Under the pieces are notes generated by a model. It worked only from the letters and a program-made list of their open reading frames with translations, was not told the DNA's origin and did no database searches. Positions 1 to 10,284 of a DNA stretch of 64,000 nucleotides are shown here, piece after piece. The stretch is from Myxococcota bacterium (GTDB taxonomy: Bacteria > Myxococcota > Myxococcia > Myxococcales > Myxococcaceae). The stretch spans positions 1 through 64,000 of the forward strand of contig JBMORE010000157.1 of the NCBI GenBank assembly GCA_049322255.1. The letters are read 5' to 3'. The stretch's first letter is position 1. Each line of letters begins with the position of its first letter. A program made the translations under genes and the position numbers.

Positions 1-2319
1 GTCAATCGCTTGGGTCGCGAAATCGCCCAGCACACTCGGGTGTCCGGTCTGTCTGCAGTTCTCAGCCGGTTGTTTCGCGATCACCTGGCGCGAGTGGGCA
101 TACGCGTCACAATTGCCCCTGAGGACGGGGAGGTCTTCGATCTGCTGTGCGAGTCGGGCCGGTGTGTAGGCGAACCCCGCCGAGAGTACCTGCTCAACGC
201 TGGCGACGAGCTGGTGGGGCGTCTCCAGGTATTTGCCACCGACCAGACGCAAGCCGACGATCTAACCTTGGTTGATGATCTCGCGCCGTGGATCTCCATC
301 GCCTTGGGCAACACACGTTCCTTCACTCTGCTGAGTGAGTACCGCGATCAGCTCTCGCAGAAGGTCGAGGAACGCACCCGCGAGCTGAACGAGGCGATGG
401 AGAAACTGGCCGAGAGCATTCGGCGGCGCACCGAATTTTTCGACAACGTCAGCCACGAGCTGCGAACGCCACTCACGCTCATTCTGCTCGGTATTGAATC
501 ACTGCACGCCCAAGGAGACGAGGCGGTGTCCCCGCAGGTTCGGGCGCAGCTCGCCGTGATGCAACAGAGCGCCACCCGCCTTCTGCAACTCATCAATGAC
601 CTGCTCGACCTCGCCAAGATCGGCGCCGGGCGGATGACGCTGCATCGAGAGCCTGTCGACGTGGGCGAGCTGTTGGGGCGGATTATCGAACCGTTTCGCG
701 TGATGGCCGAGCACAAGGGCCTCGGGCTCGTCCTCGAGGGTGAGGCCGGCGATTCGATCTTCGCAGACGTCGAGAAGGTCGAGACGGTGTTCCATAACCT
801 CGTCTCCAACGCTCTCAAATTCACCTCCGCGGGCGAGGTGAGGGTGCGGATGAGTAAGCGGCCCGACGGTGTCTGCGTCGACGTCTCGGACACCGGTTCG
901 GGCATCGCCGCCGCCGATCTGCCCCACATCTTCGATCGTTTTGCCCAGGCGGACGTGTCCGGCACCCGCCGCTTCGGAGGCACCGGCATCGGTCTTGCCT
1001 TGGTGAAGGAAACAGTCGAGCTGCACGGGGGGAGCATCGAGGTCGAAAGCACCCTGGGGCGGGGGTCGATCTTCAAGGTCCAGCTTCCCAAGGGCTCTCC
1101 GTCCCCGCTCGGAGAGGAGAAGGTGGCGCCCGTCGTGCACGAGGGGCGACCTCGAACGGTCGCCGAGGTGGTGCCTTTGCAAGTGGCACAGCCCGAGCCG
1201 TTTGTCGCCCAGCCCGACGTCTCGTTCCCTACCGTCCTGGTCGTCGAAGACGAGGCGGAGGTCCGAAAGTTCCTTCGGCAAATCCTCTCCGAGCGCTATC
1301 GGGTCATCGAAGCGGAAAACGGCGAACAGGGGCTGAGGCTTGCCCAGGCAGAGCGGCCGGCGGTGATCGTCTCCGACGTGATGATGCCGGTCATGTCCGG
1401 TCTGCAGCTGCTCACCGCGCTGCAGGCTGCCAAGGAGCTGGAGCAGACGCCGATCATTCTCCTCACCGCGCGGCATGACATCGACGCCCGTGTCGAAGGG
1501 TTCGCCCGGGGCGCCAGCGACTATCTCTGCAAGCCGTTTGCTTCCAGCGAGCTCCTCGCCCGGGTCGACAACCAGCTTCGGCTGCGCGAGGCCATGTCAC
1601 GCCTGGCGCAGACCGAGCGGCTGGCGGTGATGAGCTTGCTCACCTCGGGATTCGCGCACGAAGTACGAAACCCGCTCAACAGCTTGATCAATGCGATCGA
1701 GCCGCTGGCGGAGAACCTGCGCAGCGACCCACAAATGTCCGAATCGATGCTGGGCATCATTCGCGAGTCAGCGAAGCGGGTGCAACTGCTCGCCGAGTCG
1801 CTGCTCTCGATGGTTCGCCGCATCGGTGACGGGCCGGCAGACGTGGTCAGCACTCTTCGGGTCGCACAACGGGCGCTCGCCTTCAAAGTGCCTGCCGGGG
1901 TAGCCCTCGAGGTTCACGCACCGGAAGAGGCGATCATTTTCGGAGACGCCTCGGCCCTCACGCAGGTCTGGGTCAACCTCTTGGACAACGCGCTTCGAGC
2001 CGTCGGCGCACAGGGCACCGTGCAAGCGAGCGTGCAGGTGGATCGGCGGGAGGTCGTCGTGAAGGTGACCGACGATGGCCCCGGTATTTCCAAAGAGCAC
2101 CTGCATCGCCTCTTCGAGCCATTCTTCTCCACCCGGCAGGCAGGGGAGGGGACGGGGCTGGGCCTGGTGCTTTGCAAGCGCATTGTCGAGCAGCACCGGG
2201 GGCATATCGACATTCAAAGTCACAAAGGGCAGGGAACGGTGTGCACGGTCCACCTGCCGCGGGTATCTGCCCGCGACGAGGGCGCCCCACCGGAGGTCAA
2301 ACCCACCGCCCTCGCATGA
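1..2319 (+). CDS. Hybrid sensor histidine kinase (GAF-like–HisKA–HATPase–REC–HisKA–HATPase), 5' end outside window
   Basis: H-boxes VSHELRTPL and FAHEVRNPL; two ATPase domains (NLVSNALKF, DTGSGI, GGTGIGL; NLLDNA, DDGPGI, GTGLGL); receiver VLVVEDE...SDVMMP...KPF. Frame is open from base 1. Confidence 0.92.
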   Translation, partial: VNRLGREIAQHTRVSGLSAVLSRLFRDHLARVGIRVTIAPEDGEVFDLLCESGRCVGEPRREYLLNAGDELVGRLQVFATDQTQADDLTLVDDLAPWISIALGNTRSFTLLSEYRDQLSQKVEERTRELNEAMEKLAESIRRRTEFFDNVSHELRTPLTLILLGIESLHAQGDEAVSPQVRAQLAVMQQSATRLLQLINDLLDLAKIGAGRMTLHREPVDVGELLGRIIEPFRVMAEHKGLGLVLEGEAGDSIFADVEKVETVFHNLVSNALKFTSAGEVRVRMSKRPDGVCVDVSDTGSGIAAADLPHIFDRFAQADVSGTRRFGGTGIGLALVKETVELHGGSIEVESTLGRGSIFKVQLPKGSPSPLGEEKVAPVVHEGRPRTVAEVVPLQVAQPEPFVAQPDVSFPTVLVVEDEAEVRKFLRQILSERYRVIEAENGEQGLRLAQAERPAVIVSDVMMPVMSGLQLLTALQAAKELEQTPIILLTARHDIDARVEGFARGASDYLCKPFASSELLARVDNQLRLREAMSRLAQTERLAVMSLLTSGFAHEVRNPLNSLINAIEPLAENLRSDPQMSESMLGIIRESAKRVQLLAESLLSMVRRIGDGPADVVSTLRVAQRALAFKVPAGVALEVHAPEEAIIFGDASALTQVWVNLLDNALRAVGAQGTVQASVQVDRREVVVKVTDDGPGISKEHLHRLFEPFFSTRQAGEGTGLGLVLCKRIVEQHRGHIDIQSHKGQGTVCTVHLPRVSARDEGAPPEVKPTALA

Positions 2320-2424
2320 GCTGTGTTCGGCAGTAGGCGTCTTGGACAGCTGGTTGCCGTGGGCTGCGGCCATCCTTAGCTTCCCAAAGCCTCGAGGGGC
2401 ACATCGGTGGGAAGGGGGCTTCCG

Positions 2425-5361
2425 ATGAACGGGCAATGGCCGGTACGCGTTCTACTGGCGGCAGCCGTGTTCGGCTGCGCCGAGCGCAACACGCCTGCGT
2501 CGTCGGATGGACGCCTGATGCTCGTTGGGTCGCTCGACTTCGGAAGGGTGCCGGTGCATTCGGCGCGTGAGCTCGAGGTGAGGCTGCGCAACGCCGGTAG
2601 GGGGGTGGTGCGCGTCGAGGAGCTGTGGACGGCGGCCTCCGACGCGAGCTTTCAGGCGCGGCTCTTGGACCCGACGCGGGCCGAGCTGGTCAGCGGCGAG
2701 GAGGCGGTGGTGCGGGTTCGCTTTCACCCGCGTCAGAGCGGCACCCGAGTCGGCGCCCTGAAGGTGCGCTCCGACAGCACCTACGAGCAGATGTTCGAGG
2801 CAAAGCTGCACGGCGAGGGGGTCGACGCCTTCGCCCGTGTGCTCACCGAGTCGGTCGACTTCGGTCGCATCGAGGCGGGCGCCGGCAAGACGCTCTGGGT
2901 CGAGCTCGAAAATTCCAGCGACTTCCCTGTGAAGGTCGAGCCCGAGCTTTTGGGTGCTGACAAAGACGAGCTCGAGCTGACCGGCAACTTCTCGATCGCG
3001 TCCGGCGCGCGTGTGGCTCTTTCGATGCGTTTCTCGCCCACGCGTGTAGGCAAAAAGCACCTGGGGTTGGCGATCGCGCCCTGCGCCGGCTGCATCGACA
3101 CCTTCGTACCCATCACCGCCGAGGCGCTGGAGCAGGCGGTCGTCGCCGAGCCGCCGATGATCGAATTCGGCCAGGTGCCCATCGATCGCGAGGCGCTCGA
3201 GGTGCTCACGCTGCACAATCTCTCCACTGAGCCGATGGAGGTCCTGGGCGCCTCCTTCGATCTCTCAAGCGACGCGTCGTTCAAGCTTTCGGCGGTCATG
3301 CCCGTCACCTTGGGGCCAGACGACCGACTCCCTGTCGAGGTGCGGTACGCGCCAGGACACATGGGGCTCGCCACGGCGAAGGCCTTGTTCGCCGTGTCCA
3401 GCCGTCGACACCCGAACACCGAGGTCGAGCTGAGCGCCTTCGGAGGCGCTTCCGAGCTGTGCGTTGCTCCGGAGGAGCGCGACTTCGGCACGCAGCCGGT
3501 GGGGTCGCGCACCGTCGGGTCGCTGATCATCAAGAACTGCGGCGCCTCCAACGCTCCGCCCCTGGACGTGACCGAGGTGTCGCTGGGACCAAGCCCGCTC
3601 GGCGGCGCCGACCAGTTCAACTTGGGCCCCCTCGCCCTGCCGATCACCCTCCTCGCGGGACAGCAAGTGGCGGTGAAGGTCTTCTTCGAGCCGACCCAGG
3701 CCGGTCTTTGGGGAGCGGTGGGGTCGGTACGCGGCGGGGGAGGCGGAAGGGCGCTGGTCAAGGTGCCGTTGCAGGGAACCGCGCAGGTCCACGCGCCCTG
3801 CGAGGTGCGCCTCACCCCCGGCGCGGTGGACTTTGGCACCGTCCCGCCTTCGCGCGGAGCAGTGCTGGGCATCAAGGTCGAAAACATCGGCGCCGATCTG
3901 TGCGCGGTGAAGCACGTGCGGCTGGTGGACGACGCGGGCGGAGCATTCTTTCTCCCCGGCGGCGTCCTCGAAGGGCTCCTCTTGCCTCCTGCCAATGCCT
4001 TCACCTTCCAAGTGGCCTTTCGTCCGGGCACGCCCGGTGCCTACCGGGGGATGGTCCGGCTCGAGCCGGCCGATCCCGCCAACCCGGTGCGCGAGGTACC
4101 ACTCAGCGGCAACGCCGAAGACTCCTGCCTGACGGCCATCCCCAGCTATCTCGACTTCGGGCTGACCCGCCCCGACTGTCCAGCCGCACCGCTGCGCACA
4201 AACCTCTCCAACGTCTGCACCGTCCCGCTTGGCGTGCGTGGCGTCTTCATCGGCGCCGGCACCACCGATGGTGAGTTTCTTCTCACGAGCGCTCCCGTGG
4301 TTCCCCTGACCTTGATGCCGGGAGATTCGGTCAGTGTCCAGGTGACGTACCTCGCGGCGGTGCCCGGCATGAACCTCTCGCCCCTCTATGTCGACGTGGC
4401 GGGCCTGTCCGCGCCTTACCTGGTGCCGCTCCTGGGGGAATCGAGCGCCAACGCCACGCAGACCGACAGCTTCGTGCAGCAGGACGGCAGCAAGGTCGAC
4501 GTGCTCTTCGTGCTCGACAACACCTCGTCGATGGTCGAGGAGCAACCCAGGCTGCGAAGCGCGCTCCCGGCGTTTGCCAGCGCAGCGTTGGCGCGAAAGG
4601 TCGACCTGCATGTGGGGGTCACCACCACCGGCATCAGCTCCGTCTCCAACGCGTGTCCCGGAGGGGCCGACGGCGGCGAAGCGGGCCGGCTCTTCCCGGC
4701 CGACGGCAGCTCGCCACGCGTCCTCACCCACACCACGCCCAACCTGGGGGCTGCGCTCCAAGTCAACGCCGACGTCGGCCAGTGCGCGGTCGTCGAGCAG
4801 GGACTGGAGGCGATGCGGCGCGCGTTCACTCCGCCACTGGTGAACAGCGACGATGATCCCCGGACGGTGCTTTTGAACGACGGGAACCGAGGCTTCTTGC
4901 GCGACGAGGCGGCGCTGGCGGTGGTGTTCGTAGGCGACGAGGACGACCACTCGCCCGACGACGTCGACACCTACGTACGCTTTCTCCAAGCGCTCAAGGG
5001 TGCGCAGCAGCCCGGCCGGGCCACCGTGTACGCCATTGCACCCGACGGCGCCAGCTGTGCCACCGCCGGAGGCAGCGGTACCCGCTACGCCGAAGCTGCG
5101 CAGCGCACCGGGGGAGAGGTGTTGTCGATCTGTGCGCTCGACTACGAGCCGTTGCTAAAGAGCGTGGCCCAGAAGGCATTCTCTCCGCAGCAACGCTTCC
5201 CGCTGTCCGACGTGCCCGATGCAGCGACGCTTCAGGTGAGCATCGATGGAGTACCCGTCACCGGGTGGAGCTTCGATGGTGCGGCCAACCAAATCGTCTT
5301 CGCGGTGCAACCATCGCCGGGAGCGCGGATCGACGTCTCCTATCGTCGCGCGTGTCCGTAG
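2425..5361 (+). CDS. Lipoprotein with repeated Ig-like (choice-of-anchor D/ASH-type) domains and a C-terminal VWA-like domain
   Basis: Lipobox-like VLLAAAVFG|C after ATG 2425; repeated '(L/V)DFG.V...N.....F.P...G' units; KVDVLFVLDNTSSM MIDAS-like motif. Confidence 0.8.
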   Translation: MNGQWPVRVLLAAAVFGCAERNTPASSDGRLMLVGSLDFGRVPVHSARELEVRLRNAGRGVVRVEELWTAASDASFQARLLDPTRAELVSGEEAVVRVRFHPRQSGTRVGALKVRSDSTYEQMFEAKLHGEGVDAFARVLTESVDFGRIEAGAGKTLWVELENSSDFPVKVEPELLGADKDELELTGNFSIASGARVALSMRFSPTRVGKKHLGLAIAPCAGCIDTFVPITAEALEQAVVAEPPMIEFGQVPIDREALEVLTLHNLSTEPMEVLGASFDLSSDASFKLSAVMPVTLGPDDRLPVEVRYAPGHMGLATAKALFAVSSRRHPNTEVELSAFGGASELCVAPEERDFGTQPVGSRTVGSLIIKNCGASNAPPLDVTEVSLGPSPLGGADQFNLGPLALPITLLAGQQVAVKVFFEPTQAGLWGAVGSVRGGGGGRALVKVPLQGTAQVHAPCEVRLTPGAVDFGTVPPSRGAVLGIKVENIGADLCAVKHVRLVDDAGGAFFLPGGVLEGLLLPPANAFTFQVAFRPGTPGAYRGMVRLEPADPANPVREVPLSGNAEDSCLTAIPSYLDFGLTRPDCPAAPLRTNLSNVCTVPLGVRGVFIGAGTTDGEFLLTSAPVVPLTLMPGDSVSVQVTYLAAVPGMNLSPLYVDVAGLSAPYLVPLLGESSANATQTDSFVQQDGSKVDVLFVLDNTSSMVEEQPRLRSALPAFASAALARKVDLHVGVTTTGISSVSNACPGGADGGEAGRLFPADGSSPRVLTHTTPNLGAALQVNADVGQCAVVEQGLEAMRRAFTPPLVNSDDDPRTVLLNDGNRGFLRDEAALAVVFVGDEDDHSPDDVDTYVRFLQALKGAQQPGRATVYAIAPDGASCATAGGSGTRYAEAAQRTGGEVLSICALDYEPLLKSVAQKAFSPQQRFPLSDVPDAATLQVSIDGVPVTGWSFDGAANQIVFAVQPSPGARIDVSYRRACP

Positions 5362-5460
5362 CGCTTGTCGTGCGCGCATGCGGAGCCGAAAAATCGGCGC
5401 TACAGGACTGTTGGGCGGTGTGGCAACAGCGAGAAAATTCCCATCGGGCAGCGCGAGGGT

Positions 5461-5844
5461 ATGGTGACGCGAGCTCGCAAGAGAGGACGAGGCGTGAGCA
5501 ATTCGCGGCGAACCGATTCCAGGCAACTGACGCTTCCGTTGCGCGTGGGCGCTTCACCGGGCCTGCGGTTGATTCAGGGCGGTGGGCAGCGCGCCCAGGA
5601 GCCGCTCGCTTCGCGCGACGCGGTGATTCGCGTGCTGGTCGAGACCGGTGCCGACCTGCTCCTTCGGCGCATCAGCGTCGAGCGCGCCGAGGAGATTGAA
5701 CGCAACGTCGAGCGTGTGCTCGAGCTGTTCGACAGGGTCGACGCTGTGCCCGACCTGATGCCGGCCCTGCAGCGCCAGCTCGACGATCTCGAAGCGCTGA
5801 TGTCCGAGACGCGTACCAAGCGGCGCCGGCGTCCGGGTAGGTGA
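5461..5844 (+). CDS. Small hypothetical protein, basic N-terminus with helical C-terminus
   Basis: ATG 5461 after GAGGGT; host-like codon usage; contains RQLTLPL and LRLIQGGG motifs. Start uncertain (GTG 5494 possible). Confidence 0.65.
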   Translation: MVTRARKRGRGVSNSRRTDSRQLTLPLRVGASPGLRLIQGGGQRAQEPLASRDAVIRVLVETGADLLLRRISVERAEEIERNVERVLELFDRVDAVPDLMPALQRQLDDLEALMSETRTKRRRRPGR

Positions 5845-5887
5845 AGGCTGCATGAAGACATGCGGGCGAAGCGGCACTCACCCGTGT

Positions 5888-5916
5888 TTGACCCCTCCGG
5901 CACCCACGCCTACGCT
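5888..5916 (+). promoter_or_regulatory. Putative sigma70-type promoter for the kinase pair
   Basis: TTGACC-17nt-TACGCT; AGGAGG RBS at 5941. Confidence 0.5.
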
Positions 5917-5956
5917 TCAAGGCTCTCCTTCGCGCCCTTGAGGAGGAAGGGGCGGC

Positions 5957-7783
5957 GTGTCACTCGAGAGGTACGGCGACTACCAGCTGATCAAGCGGCT
6001 CGCTACCGGCGGGATGGCCCAGATCTACCTGGCGCGGCAGGTCGGGCTCGAGGGCTTCGAAAAGCTGTTGGTGGTCAAACGCATTCTTCCGCACCTGACG
6101 GAGAATGACGACTTCGTCCGCATGTTCCTCGACGAGGCGCGGATCGCGGCTCGGCTCAACCACCCGAACATCGTCCAGATTTTCAACCTGGGTGCGCAGG
6201 ACGACAGCTACTTCATCGCCATGGAGTACATCCACGGTGAGGACGTGCGCCGGGTGTGGAGGCGCGCCGAGTCTGTCGGTCGGCGTTTCCCGGTTGCGCT
6301 GGTGTGCCGCGTCATCATGGACGCGTGCGCGGGGCTCGACTACGCGCACAAGAAGGCCGACCCCGCCGGCAAGCCGCTGAACATCGTTCACCGCGACATC
6401 TCTCCCCAGAACATCTTGGTGACGTTCGAGGGAGGGGTGAAGATCGTGGACTTCGGCATTGCCAAAGCGGCCGATCAGGCCACGGTCACTCGCTCCGGGG
6501 TGCTCAAGGGAAAGTACGCGTACATGTCTCCCGAGCAGGCCTCGGGGCAGCGCAAGCTCGACCACCGTACGGACATCTTTGCGCTGGGCATAGTGCTCTA
6601 CGAGCTGCTCACCGGCACCCGGCTGTTCAAGCGGGCCAACGACATTCAGACGCTCAACGCGGTGACCGAGTGCGACGTTTCGCCGCCGTCGACTGTCTCG
6701 GATCGTGTACCGGCCGACCTCGACCCGGTCGTCATGCGGGCTTTGGCCAAGAACCCCGACGAGCGCTATCAGGAGGCAATCCACCTCCAGGTGGCGCTGG
6801 AGCGCTGGCTGCTTTTGCACAAGCTGCCCTCGTCCTCGGCACATCTGGCCGCCTTCATGGGTGAGGTGTACGCCGATCGATTGGCGCGCGAGGCTGAAGA
6901 AGGCCGCTTCCTCGTCGAGGAGCTCGACGGTTCCAAGGGCAAGGAGGAGGAGGCACCACCCCAAGCATCGCCGGCGAAAGCCACACCCAAGACACCGCCG
7001 CCCAAATCGTCCCCGATGGGCGAGAGCGCTCTCCCAGACCCCGATGCCACCAAGGCCGCGCGGCCCCAGCGTGCTCTGGAAAGGGCCGCGCATGCGTACG
7101 CGAAGCGGCGGTCCAAAACCGACTCTTCGATCCAAGCCACTGAAATCAGTCTCACCAAGAAGGAGCACGGCTCTCGCTGGCTCCCGTGGGTCTTTGGGTT
7201 GGCGATGCTTGGAATTGGGGTGTTCGGTTTTCTTCTCTGGCGGCAAATCGTTGGGCCTGCGGTCTCGGCGGTGGCGCAGAGTCGATCGCCGGTTTCCGAC
7301 GCTGGGAGCCCTTCGAGGCTCGACTCCGGTGAGGCCGCTTCCGCGGCGGTGCACCTCACCGTCCAGACCGATCCCGTTGGAGCGCAGGTGTTGATCGACG
7401 GCGTGGCCCGTGGCCGCTCACCACTGCGCCTCGACGCCGCTCCCCACCGCGAGGTGGTGGTAGGCGCCGAGCTCGCCGGCTACCGCGACCTCGAGCGGCG
7501 AGTCTTGGTGGGTGACGGCCCGATGGAGATCGTGCTCACGCTGGAGAAGAAGAAGGAATCTTCCAAGCCCATGGGCACGGTGCGTTTCGTGGTCACTCCT
7601 TGGGCGGAGGTGCTCTGCGGCTCGATTCCTCTGGGACAGACTCCCTTCAGGGAGCGCCATCTGCCCGCGGGTGAGTACGAGTGCCGCTTCACCCACCCGG
7701 AGCTCGGCACCATGACTCAAAAAGTGGTGGTGCGGGCCAACCAGACCCAGGTGGTGAAGGTGAAGTTCGAGGGGGCATGGTGA
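5957..7783 (+). CDS. Transmembrane Hanks-type Ser/Thr protein kinase with PEGA domain(s)
   Basis: LATGGMAQIY, VVKRI, HRDISPQN, DFGIAK, GKYAYMSPEQ; TM segment WLPWVFGLAMLGIGVFGFLLW; C-terminal TDPVGAQVLIDG PEGA pattern. Confidence 0.95.
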   Translation: MSLERYGDYQLIKRLATGGMAQIYLARQVGLEGFEKLLVVKRILPHLTENDDFVRMFLDEARIAARLNHPNIVQIFNLGAQDDSYFIAMEYIHGEDVRRVWRRAESVGRRFPVALVCRVIMDACAGLDYAHKKADPAGKPLNIVHRDISPQNILVTFEGGVKIVDFGIAKAADQATVTRSGVLKGKYAYMSPEQASGQRKLDHRTDIFALGIVLYELLTGTRLFKRANDIQTLNAVTECDVSPPSTVSDRVPADLDPVVMRALAKNPDERYQEAIHLQVALERWLLLHKLPSSSAHLAAFMGEVYADRLAREAEEGRFLVEELDGSKGKEEEAPPQASPAKATPKTPPPKSSPMGESALPDPDATKAARPQRALERAAHAYAKRRSKTDSSIQATEISLTKKEHGSRWLPWVFGLAMLGIGVFGFLLWRQIVGPAVSAVAQSRSPVSDAGSPSRLDSGEAASAAVHLTVQTDPVGAQVLIDGVARGRSPLRLDAAPHREVVVGAELAGYRDLERRVLVGDGPMEIVLTLEKKKESSKPMGTVRFVVTPWAEVLCGSIPLGQTPFRERHLPAGEYECRFTHPELGTMTQKVVVRANQTQVVKVKFEGAW

Positions 7784-9540
7784 CGCTCGCCGCCGGGACG
7801 CCGATCGGCAAGTACGTCGTTCGCAGAAAGCTCGCCGAAGGCGGGATGGCGGAGATTTATCTCGCTTCGGTGCGTGGGCCCGAGGGCTTCGAGAAAGAGG
7901 TCGTCATCAAACGGGTGCGCGCGTTCTTGAGCAAAGACCCTGGGTTCGTGCGGATGTTCGTCGCCGAGGCGCGCCTGGCCTCGCGCCTCAACCACGCCAA
8001 CCTGGTGCAGATCTTCGATTTCGACGAGCACGACAATACCTACTACCTGGCGATGGAGTACGTGCGCGGGCAGTCGCTCGCGGGAATCCGCAAGCGTGCC
8101 CAGGAACAGATGACGCCCATGCCGTCGGTGCTCGCTGCCCACGTCTGCGCCGAGGTCGCCAAAGGGCTGCACTACGCGCACAAGCTTTCCGACAAGGGTA
8201 AGCCGGTCAACCTGGTTCACCGCGATGTCACCCCGCACAACGTGCTCATCTCGTACGACGGGGCGGTGAAGCTGACCGACTTCGGCATCGCCAAGGCCGG
8301 CGCCAAGCTCACCGCACCGGGAATGCTCAAGGGCAAGTTCGCGTACATGTCGCCGGAGCAGGCCCGAGGAGAGGACGTCGACGCCCGTACCGACGTGTTC
8401 GCTCTGGGCATCGTCCTTTGGGAGCTGCTCACCGGAGGGCGCCTCTTCGAGGGCGACAGCGACATCGCTGTCTTGCGTGCGGTGCAGCAGAGCCAGATTG
8501 CTCCCCCCGCGCGCCTCAACCCGGACGTGCCCCTGCCCTTGAGTGACGTGGTGCTCAGGGCGCTCTCCCGCGACCGTACGCAGCGCTATCAGAGCGCGCA
8601 GGAGCTCGAGCGGGCGCTGGCCCAGTTCGTTCTCACCCACGCGCGCGTCGTCGATGACACCGACGTCGGTCTCTATGTGCGCCGGCTCTTTCCCGAAGAG
8701 GCGTCGGCCAGTATCACCGAGGCCACCGGCGGGCCGGCCGATGACCCGAGCAAGACGGACCCTTCCCCCAGCGGCGTGAGCGAGCCGACTGCGGCGCAGG
8801 CGCGGGCCGGCTCGGAATCGAGCCTGTCTCGAACCCAGCCCAGCCCAGCTCCACCGCTCTCACCCGATGAGGATGGGAGCGGCAGCACTCATGTCGTTCG
8901 CCGTGGCACGAGGAGCTCGCAACCCTCGGAGTCCGATGACGACGAGCGGGCACAGCGCCCCACCGTGGGAATTCGACGAGGCTCCGGTGGGCCCACCCCG
9001 TCCGTCGACCCCGTGGCCGGCCCATCGTGGTCGCGCCCCACCGTGGGCATGCGGCGAGGTGTGCTGGCGGGCGCGGCGCTCCTTTTTCTCTTGGCGAGTG
9101 CAGCCCTCGCCATCTCGGCGCTTTCCCGCGCCCCGGCGGCGGTGCACCCGAGCCATGCCGACACAGGGAAGGGGACCGAGGGTGAGCCCTTGCCGTCCAC
9201 CGTAGAAAGCTTCGCCGACGCCGATGTGTCTCCACGCGAGGTGACGGCGGCGAAGCTCGGCCCGATCCCCGGCGTGGTGGACGCAGGGAAGCCCCCGCTC
9301 AAGGAAGAGAGTAGGGCGCGTCGCGTTCGACCGGGGATTTTGGTGGTCCGCGCCACCCCGTGGGCGGAGCTTTTCGTCGACGGACGGGCTCTGGGAGAGG
9401 TGGCCGAGGCGCACCGGCGGCTCAGCCTGCCCGCTGGGAATCACCGGGTTCTCTTCAAACACCCTTTGCGCTCGAAAAGCTTCGAGGTGGTGGTCGAGCC
9501 GGGGCGGGAAACCGTTCGCGAGTTCCACCTGAGCAAGTAG
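7777..9540 (+). CDS. Transmembrane Hanks-type Ser/Thr protein kinase with PEGA-like C-terminus
   Basis: LAEGGMAEIY, HRDVTPHN, DFGIAK, GKFAYMSPEQ; TM helix; ATPWAELFVDG. ATG 7777 overlaps the end of the upstream kinase. Confidence 0.95.
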   Translation: MVTLAAGTPIGKYVVRRKLAEGGMAEIYLASVRGPEGFEKEVVIKRVRAFLSKDPGFVRMFVAEARLASRLNHANLVQIFDFDEHDNTYYLAMEYVRGQSLAGIRKRAQEQMTPMPSVLAAHVCAEVAKGLHYAHKLSDKGKPVNLVHRDVTPHNVLISYDGAVKLTDFGIAKAGAKLTAPGMLKGKFAYMSPEQARGEDVDARTDVFALGIVLWELLTGGRLFEGDSDIAVLRAVQQSQIAPPARLNPDVPLPLSDVVLRALSRDRTQRYQSAQELERALAQFVLTHARVVDDTDVGLYVRRLFPEEASASITEATGGPADDPSKTDPSPSGVSEPTAAQARAGSESSLSRTQPSPAPPLSPDEDGSGSTHVVRRGTRSSQPSESDDDERAQRPTVGIRRGSGGPTPSVDPVAGPSWSRPTVGMRRGVLAGAALLFLLASAALAISALSRAPAAVHPSHADTGKGTEGEPLPSTVESFADADVSPREVTAAKLGPIPGVVDAGKPPLKEESRARRVRPGILVVRATPWAELFVDGRALGEVAEAHRRLSLPAGNHRVLFKHPLRSKSFEVVVEPGRETVREFHLSK

Positions 9541-9660
9541 GCGACCACTCGGGCGGAAGCGATCGAGGAGGGAACGGCCTCCTTTAGGCGCTGACGCCTT
9601 CCCGAACAGCCCTGTCCGAAAACCGATCGGCCCGCTGTCGCCGAGGCGAACAATTTCCGC

Positions 9661-9690
9661 TTGACGATTACATTTAATATCTGATACTAG
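9661..9690 (+). promoter_or_regulatory. AT-rich sigma70-type promoter upstream of merR-like/asgB
   Basis: TTGACG followed after 16-18 nt by GATACT/TACTAG, within a conspicuously AT-rich tract (about 9650-9730). Confidence 0.55.
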
Positions 9691-9731
9691 TTAGCTCATA
9701 TTTAGTACTCGCTATTCAAAAGAAACTCTGA

Positions 9732-10244
9732 ATGGACCTCCTGGGGCCGGAAGAGATTGAGCGAATCGAGAAGGAGCACCCGGCGGGGCTGCCGGCGCGG
9801 GCGATTCTGGAAATCTTCCGCCCCAAGGGCGTTCGCTTCTCCGAGGCGACCTTCCGCAAATACGTACAGGCCGGTTTGCTACCGCGCAGCCGGCGGGTGG
9901 GCCGCAAGGGCAAGCACCGCGGCAGCCAGGGCGTCTACCCAGTGGAGGCGGTGCGGCGGATCAACGCGATCAAAAAGATGATGGCCGAGGGAATGACCCT
10001 CGACGACATCAGGCGCTCGTTCATCTTCTTCAAGAACCACATCGATCAGCTCGACCGCGACATCGCCGAGGTGCTCGACGGCTTCGCAGGCGAGCTCACT
10101 TCCCGCCCGTTTCAGGACGACCGCCGGCGGGAGCTGTTGGGGAAGATTGAAACGCTGCGCGACCGTGCCAGCGCGCTGGTGCGCGAGGTGGCGATGGTGG
10201 GGAGCGCGGTGACGGTGCGGCACCCGGAGTTGGAGGCGAATTGA
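9732..10244 (+). CDS. MerR-like HTH transcriptional regulator
   Basis: [15 protein letters not shown]...[25 protein letters not shown] fits the MerR-type winged HTH pattern. Confidence 0.75.
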   Translation: MDLLGPEEIERIEKEHPAGLPARAILEIFRPKGVRFSEATFRKYVQAGLLPRSRRVGRKGKHRGSQGVYPVEAVRRINAIKKMMAEGMTLDDIRRSFIFFKNHIDQLDRDIAEVLDGFAGELTSRPFQDDRRRELLGKIETLRDRASALVREVAMVGSAVTVRHPELEAN

Positions 10245-10284
10245 ACTGCCGGCGCCTGACCAGCGCCGCTTCAAGGAGGGGAAG

